64,000 bases of DNA, from NCBI RefSeq assembly GCF_037042905.1, contig NC_087251.1, positions 14,200,001 to 14,264,000 of the forward strand, read 5' to 3'. Below the pieces are notes generated by a model, which did no database searches, was not told the DNA's origin, and saw only the letters and a program-made list of their open reading frames with translations. This document shows, one piece after another, positions 48,130 to 62,220 of the stretch (position 1 is its first letter; every line of letters starts with the position of its first letter). This DNA is from Lytechinus pictus. Its lineage: Eukaryota. Both the position numbers and the translations under genes were made by a program.

Positions 48130-50581
48130 AGACCGCTATCTTTTATCATCCAACGCCATCTTAAACAAAATAATAGTCACGTTTAAAAACGGAGAATCCC
48201 TGTGCTACTGATGATCTAACTCACTTTGTGCACTCCTTCGTAACGACCGTTTTTTACGGACTCATTACACCATTTCAATAAATTTGAGATTTTCGAAAGG
48301 TAATAATCATCCCGAAAACAGTCCTCGGGTGTATTCCAGGAGAGGTGCTTGATCCAAGTTCTAAATTCCACCCTGAACAAAATAAGAGATCATATATAGG
48401 CACAACTTCTAAATCTGCACTAATCCCTTTCGTTGCACGATGTATGGATTAATCTCTCTTGAAAAAAAAGGAACGTCTTCATAGAATTTGCAAGTGTCTT
48501 TTTAGTAACTCACAATAGTCTGTCTCAACTTTCGCACAATTCATTATTCAAAAACAAGAGAAAGATTTAGCTACGAAGTTCTTGCTTGAGTGAATGGTAT
48601 TAAGACTTCCAGTAACGGGCAGAGTGATCCTCCGGTTGTTTGCCATGTCTTCTTCCAACAAAAGAACGCCGAATGTGTGTCAATAGTTGAGAATAATGTG
48701 AAAGCTTTCAAGTGCGCTTTGCTCATACAGCCTGCAAAAGTTTACCTTGGAAAGATGATAGATTTGTAAACAAAATCACAAAGTGTTGTCCGACTTGAGA
48801 AAAGCCTAATCTATATAGGCCTATACGTCTTGCCTTTCTTGTCAAAATCATTTGCACTGTTTCAGAGTGACTTAATTTTACAAAAGTGCAACGTCCATTC
48901 TCACAGTGCTGAGAGTGACAACTGTCGTCTTAACGGTTTGTATAGATTGACAGAGACGTATATTTACAGTAGTTAATAAAATGGCTTGTTGTTATATTAA
49001 TAAATTCAAATTGGACCTTGGAACTTTTGATTGTAAGCAGCGGGTGTAAAGAAATATTAAAGGTAGCTTATATAAAGATTAATGATTGAATACTTGTATC
49101 ATGGTGTACACTATACACGTTATTACTACGTTTTACTAAACCACGCATAGACGGGAAAATATAATGGAAAATGTTGCATATTTTTTGCTGAAAAAGAGCA
49201 TCGGTGAGTGACAGGGCAAATCATGTCGTTTTCTTATTCTAAATCCCGGTTCTGAATTATCCTGAAAACGCGTATGAAATCATTTTGGCCAATCTTTAAC
49301 GTACTAACTTTCATCTTCTATTATATCTCTTTAAAAAAAAGTGATTAATTAACTTCTTTAGTAAGAATTTGGAAAAGGCTGTGATTGAGTAATGGACTGT
49401 CAAGGCCGTCAACGGAACTTTCTTGACAGCCTGCAACGAATGCCCACCCCCCCCTCCCCCACCACAATCATAAAAAATGCACGTTTTTGATTTCTAGAAA
49501 ACGAAATAATGAAAAGGACACCTATTACATTAGGCTTAGACATTGATGATTCAGAATTCCGATTTACAAAAACTATGAAGAAAACCATTACTTATTTGGT
49601 GAAAGTAATAAAAAACATAAACATAACATTCAAAGCACAATAAACCGGAACCGATACTACAAAAAATGCTCTTCGGTGATTATGATAATGTTTAGAAGAA
49701 GGGGTTTTGTGTAAACCCTGTAATTATTGCCTCCTTTAATTCACTAGAATCGCTACCTATAACGTTGGAGGAATCAAAGTCCAGTAGTTACACCCTGCAT
49801 GTCCATGTGTCGTGCGTTTAATAGTATTCTATTAAAACCATAATTAGAATATTAATTATGATGGTCCAGTTCAAATTGCCAAACAGATTGCTAAGCCATA
49901 ATATGTCAAAATCTAAAGGAATTAAATTAAAAGATGCTTAAATGATAAGCCTTTTATAGTGGATGAAGAATTGATTTCTATGCAGTAATTTCATATATTT
50001 AATATTTTCTTTTGTCTGTGTTTTCTTTATTTTATTCCAATACTAAACTGTCAATGTCTGAATAGGCATATCAGTAAAGGTTTCTGCTATTTCTCATAAG
50101 TACATAATCATATAAAGACCAATTTTCACACAGAAATTCGGATAAGGTTCAAAGTTTAATAAGAGGCAAATATGTGATTATATACATATATTGACATACA
50201 TTAAGCTACCATGCTATATAAACTCAACACAAACGTCTAAATGTCTAATTATTTTACCTAACCCGATTACGAAAATATATATCTCAAACAAAAATAAATG
50301 AAAATTACCTTGCTTCTTTTACAATAAGAATCAGACATATAATTATTACTGGCGATACACTTGCTTTTGACCCCATGCAAAATAATATGGTATCAAACCA
50401 TGGGAACGAGCTCTGTTCTGCAAGAATGATGACATTCTCTATCGCTTGAAATACAAAAAAAAAATGTTTTAGCACTTTTCTGATATGCTTATTTGCCGAA
50501 AAAAAAAGACATTGAAAGAAATGCTACTTTACTGTTCAGGTATTAAAATTATCTTAGTAAAAGGGTACATAGTACAAATAC

Positions 50582-50787
<206 letters not shown>

Positions 50788-51841
50788 TTCTTGACTTTTA
50801 AAAGGGTTATAAACAATGTATTCTACTTCCAATACTTAAATCTGTACCAACACTTGTTTTCTGAATTCTGTATCTTTAAAGGTCAATTTGCAAGTGATAA
50901 AAACAATATTAATAACCCTCGTAGGATGCAAACGTCAGTAAACATAATTAAGAAATTAATTAAAAATGTAGAGAGATATATTAGATAGATTAGCCATAGA
51001 TTTCAATGATAGCTCACTCATAATAGGTCTTGGCGGACCCGGATGACATTCCATTGCCCATCTTGTGGACCTTAAACAGCGCCTCTGAATCTCTTGCCTG
51101 CTTGGAAATCCCTTTTTTTTTTAAAGATTATTTATATTTCTTAAAGGACATCAAACCTTGCTCTAACAGAATCAAATTTATTTCATTCATCATGGTAATT
51201 CAAAACGATTTGTGCTCAAGGATATAGAAAGGGGGAAGCTTGAAAGAAGGCGGAAAAGGAATGAGGAATAAGAAAGTTCAGGGACTTCAGGCTCTTTGTA
51301 TAATGAGATTACTCTCAAAATGACAATTTCGATAGTAAATTATCATGAATAAGTCAAGTACAGTTCCCATACTGTATATTGGAGCAAATATTTTCCATAT
51401 TCCACAACTACAAAAATCGCCACAGATTTAGTGATCAAAACCTTTGCCAATTCAAAGTTATATGTGTGTGTGTGAATGTTTGGCCAATTTTCGATTCCCT
51501 TTAAAACCGTCATGAATGTCATTCCTCCGGAAATATATCATGCTCTGATTGTTAAAAGGTCATTCGTTCGTTTCCGGTCTTCAATGGAACTTCATTTTCA
51601 AGCCCGCCCCCAAAAAATCATAATGAAAAAGGGTAATAGTAATCATTATTGATCCAATGCTTATACTTCAACAATATTATTAATTTCTTTGTTATACTAC
51701 ATTTGTACATATTACTTTGTAAAACCATATTTGATGCATTGAATGCAAACATAAAAACAATCAATAAAGATCTTTAGAAATATACATATATTTTTTTCGA
51801 AAATATAGAGCCTTCTACAAGATTTATATGAACACAGATTC

Positions 51842-53339
51842 CAGGGGTGGATCCAGCTCCCGCCAATGGGGGGGGGGGGGGGCGAATTTTTTTTCACCCA
51901 TATTTTCCCCGATCGGCCGCTCAAAGTTGATTTTTGTTTGTTTCTTTGAAGGGGCTGTCTCTGTGGAGTAATGAGCCCAAAGCTTTGAGGGGCTTGACAC
52001 GGCCCCGGGGGGCCACTTCCATTGACGAGTGGATACCATGCGCGACCACGGGGTCTTGAAAAGCACCCTAAACACGTATTTTCCATATTCTGAAAATGCA
52101 CCCCTTAACAAGTATTGGCGTGTGAAACCCTACCCATAACAAGTATTGGAAACAAATACGATTGGCAAGTATTCCCAGAACTGAGCCCCTAAACAAGTAC
52201 AGCGATGTATTTTCCATATTCTGAAAATGCACCCCTTAACAAGTATTGGAAACAAAACGATAGTCTTAGCAAGTATTCCCTGAAATGAACCCCTAAACAA
52301 TACAGAGATATTTTATTGTTATGTCACACGTCCGTCGGTCGTCGGTTTTACATTTTAGTACGGCCCCACCTTCCACACCTCGCGCAAATCGGACTCTAAA
52401 CACGTAGTGTTGGGGCAAAAAGGACATCCTTTATAAAACATTTTGATTTTGTTTTATCATCCCCGCATATTTGACCCTAAACACGTATATTTTTCCGAGC
52501 GAAATAGATACCCTTTTTTCAATATTTTGGTGTTTTTGACACCCTTATCACGTTACGTACGTAACGTGCCCTATCTTTAAAAAGACATCCTTTTTACGTG
52601 TTTTTTTGGTCGCGCATGGTATCCACTCGTCAATGTAAGTGGCCCCCCCCCCCGGGGATACGGCATATCGCGTAAAATTAATACCAACTTAAAGTTTCTC
52701 AGCTTTATTCTTATCTAAAAAAACATTAAAAATGTAATAATCTCATGAAAATTTTTGTAATTTCATGTAATTTTGCCAAAAAATTGAATTCATAAAAGGG
52801 GAATTTTAAGCAGTTTGTTATAGAATTAATATGTAAAAACTCTTATGGAATAAACAAAGACAATATGTAGGCCTACTTGGCAAATCAACTAATGCGAGCG
52901 CACAGCGCAAAAAGCTGCAAATGATATTCACACCATAAAACGGACATGACAGAGCACTTAAAAAAAAATCGTAAATCAAACAAAATAATAAAAGCTCGAT
53001 TTCCGCCGGAGCTGAAATATGTTTTGTATATTGACTTCAAAACTTGATATCTTAAGCTAAATATCAGCCTATTGAACAAGATATGTATCTCATCGAACAG
53101 GCTATGCGAGCGCGAAGCGCGAGCGAAAATTTGATAAAGTGACATGAAATATATATTTCTAAATCCTTTTCCAAGTCTTCCCCTTACCTTATTCTATTCA
53201 CTCGTCTCCCTCCTCTTATTTTGCTCTTCTTTTTTCCTCCTTTCTTTCCCCTTCTTTTTCTTTTTCCTCCTTTTTTTCTTTTTTTCTTGCTCCGCCAATA
53301 GGTGGGGGCGGGCCCCTCGCCCCCCTGGATCCGCCTATG
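51842..53339. mobile_element. Non-autonomous hAT5-like element (internally deleted relative of 29856-31509, opposite orientation)
   Basis: CAGGGGTGGATCCAG / CTGGATCCGCCTATG; TSD GATTC at 51837-51841 and 53340-53344. Confidence 0.85.
52004..52656. mobile_element. Unclassified CCCGGG-terminus DNA element, 8-bp TSD, nested in 51842-53339
   Basis: ~45-bp TIR CCCGGGGGGCCACTTCCATTGACGAGTGGATACCATGCGCGACCA; flanks GACACGGC / GATACGGC. Confidence 0.8.
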
Positions 53340-55650
53340 GATTCTGCTAAATCGATACTTTTATTGCCCAAATCACATATTCTAAATAATGGACGAAAAT
53401 CATTCTCATATTTTTTTTAATCTAAATTTTAATTGCATTATCAGGGGCTGCAGAACGGTTTTGAAGGGGGGGGGGGCTGACCATGCAAAAATCACAGTCA
53501 GATGGTCACTTTACGTTTTTGACACGGCTTTGAAAAAAAGTGGAGGGGGGGTTCCGCGGCCCCCGATTATTACTTATTTTGAAATTTTACTCGATTTTTT
53601 TGTCCAGTATGTCTTTGTTTGCAGTATTAATTTTTTATTAAAGCTTTCTGTTTATACAGGTTTTTACAAATTTTCAAGTATTGTCGATTGCTTTCATCAA
53701 AATATTATCTCCTAAGATAAATAATAGCCGATGAATCATATTCAATTACATGAAAGAAACTTAAGATGTAGTAATACTTACATGGACGGAAGGGACGTTT
53801 TCATTCAGACTGTTCAAATATTCACGTCAAAATACGTCCAAACCAAGATCCATGTACTCAATAACAATTGCATTTCACTATAGATAGGAATTCAGCGGAT
53901 ATGTAATAGGCCTATATACTTGAAAAATATCACAGTTCACAACCCAGAATATGGTCATGATATTGAACTTAAAAATACAATGGTAGATAACCTTGCATGA
54001 TATACCGCGGCAATGCAAGGAAGATCAAAAAAAGGGAGGGAGGGAGGGAGGGGAAAAATCCTAAAATTATTTCCACAAAGAGCTAAAGCCGTCCTGTGAA
54101 TAGCATAAGTTTGTATAAAATCGATCTTGAAAATTGATGATAAATGAATTGCAATTGATGGAATGATTTTTAATAGATTTTGTTCTTTCACGAATTCAAA
54201 AGGGCCAAGTGGGCTACATCGAACCCCCAAGATATCTCCACACATCACTTCCACGTATAATTTTTCCCATGCAACTTCTCCCCTCATCGTAATGTGGATA
54301 CAGTCAATATTTTATTTGCTCTTTATCGATGTTTTTTGCTATATGACGATGTTATTACAATAAATCTATTATTATTATTGCTCTTCTTATTTTTATCATC
54401 ATCATTATTTTTATCATTATTATTATCATTTTATCAGTATACCACCACCACAATCATCAGCGGCAGCATCTTTATCATCCATAAGTATTTGGACCCCCTC
54501 CTCACTTATTGAAAGGCCTGTGTATACCACTGCACTAATCCTGCGCATCGGTTGATCTGTATTGATGTCATACTGTGATCTTTTTTGGTTCATACCGGAA
54601 AATGTTCAGTGCTAAGTGTCATGAACTATTTGACAAGAATGTTTCTTTAATACTGATGGTCATCGATTAGCACGGAGTACCGGAAAGAAGTAAGGGCCGT
54701 TGAACTTCGATTCGAGAACTATTTTTCGCACGTTCAAAATTTTACTTTATAGTCAAGCAGGGGCCGCGGAACGGTTTTCAAAGTGGGGGGCTGAGCCAAA
54801 AGTGGGGGGGGGGGGGCTGACCATGCAAAAAATCACAATCATATGGTCATTTTTACGTTTTTGTACACGGTAGCTGGTTAAAAAGCTGGTTAAAATATGA
54901 ATCTGATTAAACTTACCAACTCGGTGTTGCTTTTTAAATCAACCCATTCTGTTTTACATGACTGTAGCTTTAATGAGGTTGGGCCATACACGTGAGCAGC
55001 CATGCACGTGAGGATCACTATGCCATGATGATATTAACGTTGACAAAATAATTCGACATAGACAAGCATTTCATTGCCATTTTTTCTCAAAGTTTCTATT
55101 TTTTTAATTATTTTATTTCTATTGGTGCACTTTGGAGATGGAGGGGGCACGTTCCCTGAAAATTTTCCTGGTGAAACATTCCGCAGGAAATAAATGACTG
55201 GAACGTAGAAAATTAGCATATATACTATTAAGGTCGTCAAGTACTAAAAAAATTCACATTTTTAAAATATACATTTTGTCCTCACTCGTTCACTGATACA
55301 AACAATGCTTTTTGGTGGAACTATTTTCGCAGACAAATTTCTTTAATTTGATCTCTCATATTGAATGCTCAAGTGAGAAAAACCATGAAATATCTCATTA
55401 CATGCCCATGAAATTTAATCGAATGACTAAATTGTCTTAACTCATAGGTCAGCAAATTTGTTCCAAATTGAATGATTACTTCATAAAATTGGATGAAATT
55501 TAGACGAAATGGGAAGAGAAAAACCTATCATAAAAAGAAAAAAAAATCCGACCCCTCCCTCCCAGGCCCAACCATAATTTAGCCTACATCTCTCCTATCG
55601 ATGAACCTTGACCATAGAGATATACGCTTTGACCCTATACATGCTCCCTG

Positions 55651-57562
55651 GGGCCTGTTGCATGACGAGATGAGCGATACGTCATGTACGTAGGAACGTC
55701 CTAGGACCATTCTTACGAGATTGGCGACAAATCAGCGCTTTCCGTTTCACGAAGGCAATTTTGTCTTCCAAGTCCGCGACATCGTTTGATATCGATAGTA
55801 TCGGAAAAATATTTAGTCTTCATCATCACCTGAACCTTTTATTTCGGAATGACGACTTTTCATAAAATCATATATTTCAATAAATGGAGATCAAATAATT
55901 TTTTATGTATTACTGATTGTAGAATTGATGAATGGAGCTTACTTTATGAGGCAAAAAAAAATACAATCAAAGATTCACAAACATAACTGGATAAAATCGA
56001 AATTTTCGTTATTTCCCTCATCTAGAACACGGCCCTTTTACAGACACCTTTCATTGATATTTTAACGAAAGAGACCCCTGTCCGACATAAAAATTGATGT
56101 AAATACGTAAATTCTACATTGTATTTGTTCAATATTCTGATTTTTTTTATAGAATATTATTTATAGTGATAAATTTGCAAATTATGCTTTAAATGTTATT
56201 TGTTGAGGTAAGAATATGGTTTGAATGGAGTTAACAAAATCAACGTGTCTGATTGTATGAGACTAAAAAGGAAAATATGAGAGGCTGCGTGTGAAAAATT
56301 GAATTTATTTATTTTATTTGTCAGATATAATGCAAGAAATACAAATGTGAGTGTTTAGAGTATAACTTTGCATAAAAATTATCCGAAGACAAGCAAAATA
56401 TGAAAATTGCTGCAACAAACATGTCAAGTGGGTAAAGTAGTGCTTTGCAATAATAAAACATAGACAAATGTGTGAAATAAATCTGCAAATGAAAAAGAAA
56501 ATACTATTTACAGAAACAATGCTAAAAATGACAATGATCATAAACTTTTATTCATAACTTTATGGAAGTTTATATGTAAGAATATAAGCTATATATGTTC
56601 AACATTTCAAAGGAGTCGAGAGACGTATATTTATTGCTTTGACATGACATAGGGCCTATCCAGATATTTAACATGCGATTCCAACCTTTTCTTTTCTAAG
56701 TACAACTTATTTTCATTTGTTATGATTGTGATGGATTCGTAAGCTATATAGACCTAATGTATATTTTAACTAGCTATTTTGTTACCGCAGATTTGTTTTT
56801 TTGTTTCATTCATCATCTCAATTAAGTTAGCACAAATCCAACAATTTTCATTGATTGAAATTAATCTCAGCAAAAGAATAATAATAACGAAAATGAAATA
56901 AAAATAGATAAATGATTTAGCATGTTTAGTAACATATTAGTTTTGTATCGATATCGCGTGTTTATTATTTTTTTTTTTGCTGAACGTTATAAACATGTTT
57001 TCTTACTATACATATTTTCTTTTTGAAAATTTTGTTTTCATGTTGTTTATCTAATGATAAAGCATGAGGGGTCAGAGAGATTGCCGCCCATTTCGATATT
57101 TCAAGTTTGGTAGAAAAAACAACTAGAAAAGGGTGGGGAAAAGAGGGGAACAAATGTGAGAAAATAAAAGAAAACATATTTTAAACAAATTATATGGGCC
57201 CATAGATTACCCCGGAGAAGTTAAAAAGACACCTGTTTTGTCGTGAAATTGATGACAGTCCCAATATAAAAATAACTTGGCGCCATCCCAGATAAAATGC
57301 ATCGGAGCGCAATCGAATGACCCCAAAAATGTTTAAAGGTGATATGTCAGTGTGGCTTGCCGTAAATGCATTTTCTCTCAATGCCGACGGTGGATATGGG
57401 CGGTGTGCAAATAAGATCATGCCTACGTAGGACACGTCTGGAGGTGTCTTTCCAAGACCATTCTTCGTATCGCCCAAATCGGCTTTGTGAAACAGTTGAG
57501 CGATATCTCGTTCTTACGTACGTAGAATGGTTCTACGAAAGACCCTTTCATGCAACAGGATC
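55651..57562. mobile_element. 1.9-kb Harbinger-like non-autonomous element ending 80 bp before the POMT2 ATG
   Basis: TIR GGGCCTGTTGCATGA / TCATGCAACAGGATC; shared subterminal TACGTAG, GAGCGATA and GACCATTCTT motifs; flanks CTG / GAG (imperfect). Confidence 0.6.
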
Positions 57563-57642
57563 GAGTGAGCCCTCTGTTAATAGGATTCATACATGCATTA
57601 ACTACGGTACTTTTCTACATCTCGCAATCTGGAATCCGAATC

Positions 57643-57980
57643 ATGTCTTCTGATATTTTCAAGAAGTCTACGGGAGATCGGAAACAAGAAAAACAAGGCA
57701 TTAAATGCTCCCAAAAATATGATCAAAAAGACACTTTTGATGAGAAGCGGGAAGTTAAAATGCACGATCAATTTAACGCTCCTGGTCGCGGAAGAGAAAG
57801 AGCAGACTCTCACTCTGGTCCCACATGCGGTATTTCGTGTAGCAAATCTTCAAGCAAAAAAGGAATTTGCCCTGAGAATTTGGTGGAAAACAGGATCATT
57901 TATGTTTTACCAATAAGTATTATATCGATCCTGGCTCTGGCTACAAGATTCTACAAACTTGGAGAGCCTGATCACATCTG
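57643..57980 (+). CDS. POMT2: Protein O-mannosyltransferase 2, coding exon 1 (…ISILALATRFYKLGEPDHI[C])
   Basis: The exon's C-terminal part matches POMT2 'ATRF..L.EP.HIC|WDETHFGKM'. The phase-2 donor GTAAGT at 57981 falls in the expected Cys codon. The start ATG is uncertain; exon 2 (WDETHFG) was not seen in the window. Confidence 0.8.
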
Positions 57981-59668
57981 GTAAGTAGCTACTGTCTAAC
58001 TTTAGAACATTAAGCATAAAATAAATCCAGGGCCAGGCTTGGAGTCGGATCTTGGTGACACTTTTAGTTTTATTTTAATGACAAATTAACTTCTTGTTAG
58101 TGTTACCACTCCTAGTACCAATGAGGTCCAAACATTAACATGTATGGACCTCATAGGCGACAATGCATTAAAAACAGGTTAGAAGTCCTGCACCCAAGTA
58201 TTTTTATGATATTAGTGATTATTACTCGAAAAATGCGAGCTTTGTCCTCATTTGTTTATCATTTTTTATTAAAAAATTGCCCATTAAATATAATCCTACT
58301 CCTACTTTAAATGTTATAAAATAAAGGGAAACTTACATTTGAGTCCTTTTTCGATCTGTTCTTGGCAGTCAGTCCAGTCCCGTCGAGTGCGATCAAAGCG
58401 GTACGAAGCTGATTTTCAGATCACGTGATACGAGTAGTCGTCACCTGATCGATCGACTATCATTTTTTAAAGACCGCAACAATTATAAATTTTATTATAA
58501 AATATATATAGAATAAATTATTGTATGATATTATGTATATCTCTACAATTAAAAAATATTTTGTGATATAAATTTTATAGTTGACGTAAAAATCGCTATT
58601 TAACAGAATATTTATTAAAAAATAAAAAATCAAACAAAAAAAAATGCCTTGGACACAGTGCAAAAAACCTAACGATTTGGCCGCGTTATTAACAACTATC
58701 GTAAGGGGCGCTCTATTTATAAATAAAAAAGAATGCAGCTGTCTACCGCGGCGTGGTTTGTCGCAAGATTTGGGACAAATCCATGGGAATTCTGCAGAAA
58801 ATACATCAAAAGAACTGGTGAGTACCGATTAAACATTATCAAAGTAGTAAAAAGGTTATACATAACTTGTAGATATATGTTTTAAAGTGATATTGATGCT
58901 TAGTTCTAAGCTAGGGCGGCCCAAATGTGCATGAGTGGAGTCCCAGTTTATTAACACGGTAAGTATTGGGGTGTCGCCTAGAGTGCTTGTTACTGTTGTT
59001 AGTGAAAATCCAAACTAAAGACAAAGTAAAGATTTGTATATTTTTTTCTAAAATTTAAATTCATTTATTTCACATCTCTTAAAGATAAAGTGCAGGATAA
59101 GATACATGTACGTGTATTAATGCCATAAATAAAACAACAATGACAGTTGTACAATTTAGACAAAAAATAACAAGAAACACTATTATGAATGATTGGGTGT
59201 ACATGTAACTTGTAAGGGAGTAAGAAAAAGCCATTGGCCTGTCTCAACCATACGAACGTTACATGCGCCGTGCACATTAAAATCAAAGGCACAATACATG
59301 AAACTGTTTCATGGGATTTGTTTTGACCACTTAAAAAATATAGATTCTTAAGTCCCTTTGCTTTGGTGACTTCTTTGGCCTTACATGTATGTACATTTGT
59401 ACATGTTATGTACAAATACCACCCATGGGTGCATTACTGCCGCCGTGTACAGGAAAATTGAAGGCATGGCGCATGCAAAATTGCAACAAATTCCGGCGAA
59501 TTTCACAAGAAATTTTGTAAAACCAAGTACTTCTAAAAAACTTACCGAACGATGTGAAGTCAATTCCCCCTAATATGATGAATATCCCTCAAAAAGCGTC
59601 ATTTAAGCGTTAATTTTTCTTCTCGTTGACAAAATACGGAGCGAGCTTATGATTTCCCAAATTTTTTT

Positions 59669-62220
59669 TGTCTAATGAGCTAAAGAGGGCGCGCGATTTA
59701 TCTTCATATCAAAGACACTACAAGGGAAAGACTAGGCACAAAAACTATTTTACACGTAAATCGATGCAATCTTTTTACTGTAAAGACTTTGGTGGAATGT
59801 TAATTGAAAAACGAACGGTTGCACTTGCGGGGCTTCGTTCAAGGTACGTAGAATTTTCTATGTTTTTTTTTAAATTTGTCATCGCTTTGAATATTTTCCA
59901 AAAAGTATTATCGTCAGCAAAAATAATATAAAAAGTATGTTTTTTAAGTTATAGCATTTATTGGTGTCTCTATTTTATCAAACAATCATTGGAATTGTGC
60001 ATGCAATGAATCAAGAATCTAGTTTTAAAAATACAGACAAGCTGAATTAAGGTTGTGAATTGTATTAGCGCCACCAACGACCTTCCTTTTATTTCCGTCA
60101 AAGAGCCACGCGAAGCATCTTTCCAGGCCGAGGTAAGCGATTTTGCTCTTTTTTTATATGCTTTTTACTCAAAAAATATTTGTAAAATTGAAAGTGGAAC
60201 GCTTTTCACCAGAAAAAGCCCTGGTGAGTAGAGGAATGAGTTTCGGCTAACATTATTCGTGTTATGAAGGGATGTTAACCGACAACTCTAAAATCTGTAG
60301 CGTAAGCATGTACGTGGTGCGAGGTTAGTATAGCATACTAACCTCGCAATACGTGTGAGTGACCAAATACATAATATTTTTTCTTGATGTTGACGTCGAT
60401 GCTATTCGACTTCCAGAACAGCAATTTTTGTCTCACCTGCATAGCAGAGTGAGACTATAGGCGCCGCTTTTCCGACGGCGACGGCGGCGGCGGCGTCAAC
60501 ACCAAATCTTAACCTGAGGTTAAGTTTTTGAAATGACAGCATAACTTAGAAAGTATATGGACCTAGTTCATGAAACTTGGCCATAAGGTTAATCAAGTAT
60601 TACTGAACATCCTGCCTGAGTTTCATGTCACATGACCAAGGTCAAAGGTCATTTAGGGTCAATGAACTTAGACCATGTTGGGGGAATCAACATCAAAATC
60701 TTAACCTAAGGTTAAGTTTTTGAAATGTCATCATAACTTAGAAAATATATGGACCTAGTTCATGAAACTTATACATAAGGTTAATCAAGTATCACTGAAC
60801 ATCCTGCATTAGTTTCACATCACATGACCAAGGTCAAAGGTCATTTAGGGTCAATGAACTTTGGCCAAATTGGGGGTATCTGTTGAATTACCATCATAAC
60901 TTTGAAAGTTTATGGATCTGATTCATGAAACTTGGACATAATAGTAATCAAGTATTACTGAACATCCTGTGCAAGTTTCAGGTCACATGATCAAGGTCAA
61001 AGGTCATTTCGGGTCAATGAACTTTGGCCAAATTGGGGGTATCTGTTTAATTACCATCATAACTTTGAAAGTTTATGGATCTGATTCATGAAACTTGGAC
61101 ATAATAGTAATCAAGTATTACTGAACATCCTGTGCAAGTTTCAGGTCACATGATCAAGGTCAAAGGTCATTTCGGGTCAATGAACTTTGGCCAAATTGGG
61201 GTATTTGTTGAATTACAGCCATAAATTTGAAAGTGTGTTGGTCTAGTTCATAAAACTTGGACATAATAGTAATCAAGTATCACTGAACATCCTGTGCGAG
61301 TTTCAGGTCACATGATCAAGGTCAAAGGTCATGTAAGGTCAAAGAACTTTGGCCACGTTGGGGGTATTTGTTGAATTGCCATCATATCTCTATAAGTGTA
61401 TTGGTCTAGTTCATAAAACGTGGAAATAAGAGTAACCAAGTATCACTGAACATCTTGTGCGAGTTATAGTAGTTTTCAAAATCAGCACTGCTGCTATATT
61501 GAATCGCGTGATGCAGGTGAGACGGCCAGAGGCATTCCACTTGTTGTCTAAAGAGGGCGCGTGATTTATATTCATATCAAAGACACTACAAGGGCAAGAC
61601 TAGGCACTAAAACTATTTCACTCGCAAATTGATGCAAAGCGTTACCATACGCAAAGAGTCCAGTCTTTTCATTGTATAGACTTTGGAGGACTGATTGTTG
61701 ACAAACAAACATAGGCTTGCACTGCTGGTTTCGTTTAAGGCATGTAGATTTTTTTTTTCATTTGTCGTCGCTTTAAATGATTTGCAAAAAGTGTTGTCAT
61801 CAGCAATAATTAAGTATTTTTTCTAAGGTAATGCATTTATTGGTGCCCATATTTTAAGAAACAATCATAGGAAATTGGCATATAATGAATTTAGACACAG
61901 ATATAAAACTACCGACGAGCTGAAGTAAGGTTGTGAATTTTATGAGCGCCACCATCGAGCTTCCTTTTATTTCCGTAGAAGAGACTTGCGCAACCACTTT
62001 CCAGGCAGAGGTAAGCAATTTTGCTTTTTTGTGTGACTTTAATTTTTAAGAATTGTAAACAAAATACAATATTAGTATAGCCACTCAACGGGGCTCTTCC
62101 CGTTGAGTGGTTATACTATTGTATCGGCAATGAAACGATGTTTGCTGACTTTAAAATCAACACCCAAACACGGGTGTGCAAGGTTAGTATAGCTAACCTC
62201 GCACTCTGTGTGAGTGGGCC
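59669..62220 (+). repeat. Diverged ~700-bp tandem duplication (59669-60425 and 61546-62220) separated by a HINE
   Basis: CTAAAGAGGGCGCG.GATTTAT.TTCATATCAAAGACACTACAAGGG.AAGACTAGGCAC at 59680 and 61548; collinear through to GTGTGAGTG.CC. Confidence 0.85.
60426..61545 (+). mobile_element. Complete HINE/Tsp-like element with 192-bp + 163-bp tandem units
   Basis: TTTTTGTCTCACCTGC...GTGAGAC 5' hairpin, (GGC)n tract, GAACATC(C/T)TG at 60605, 60797, 60960, 61123, 61286 and 61448, 3' GCAGGTGAGAC...CCACTTGTT; T-run insertion with no TSD. Confidence 0.9.

Noticed and set aside
58119..58157. Hairpin CCAATGAGGTCCA...TGGACCTCATAGG as a second transposon footprint
   Set aside because: No flanking direct repeat and no matching family in the window.
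60127..60132. 6-nt coding microexon of POMT2 (cag|GCCGAG|gtaagc; also 62005-62010)
   Set aside because: Inclusion would disrupt the conserved HICWDE motif next to the catalytic DE pair, so it is unlikely as a coding exon.
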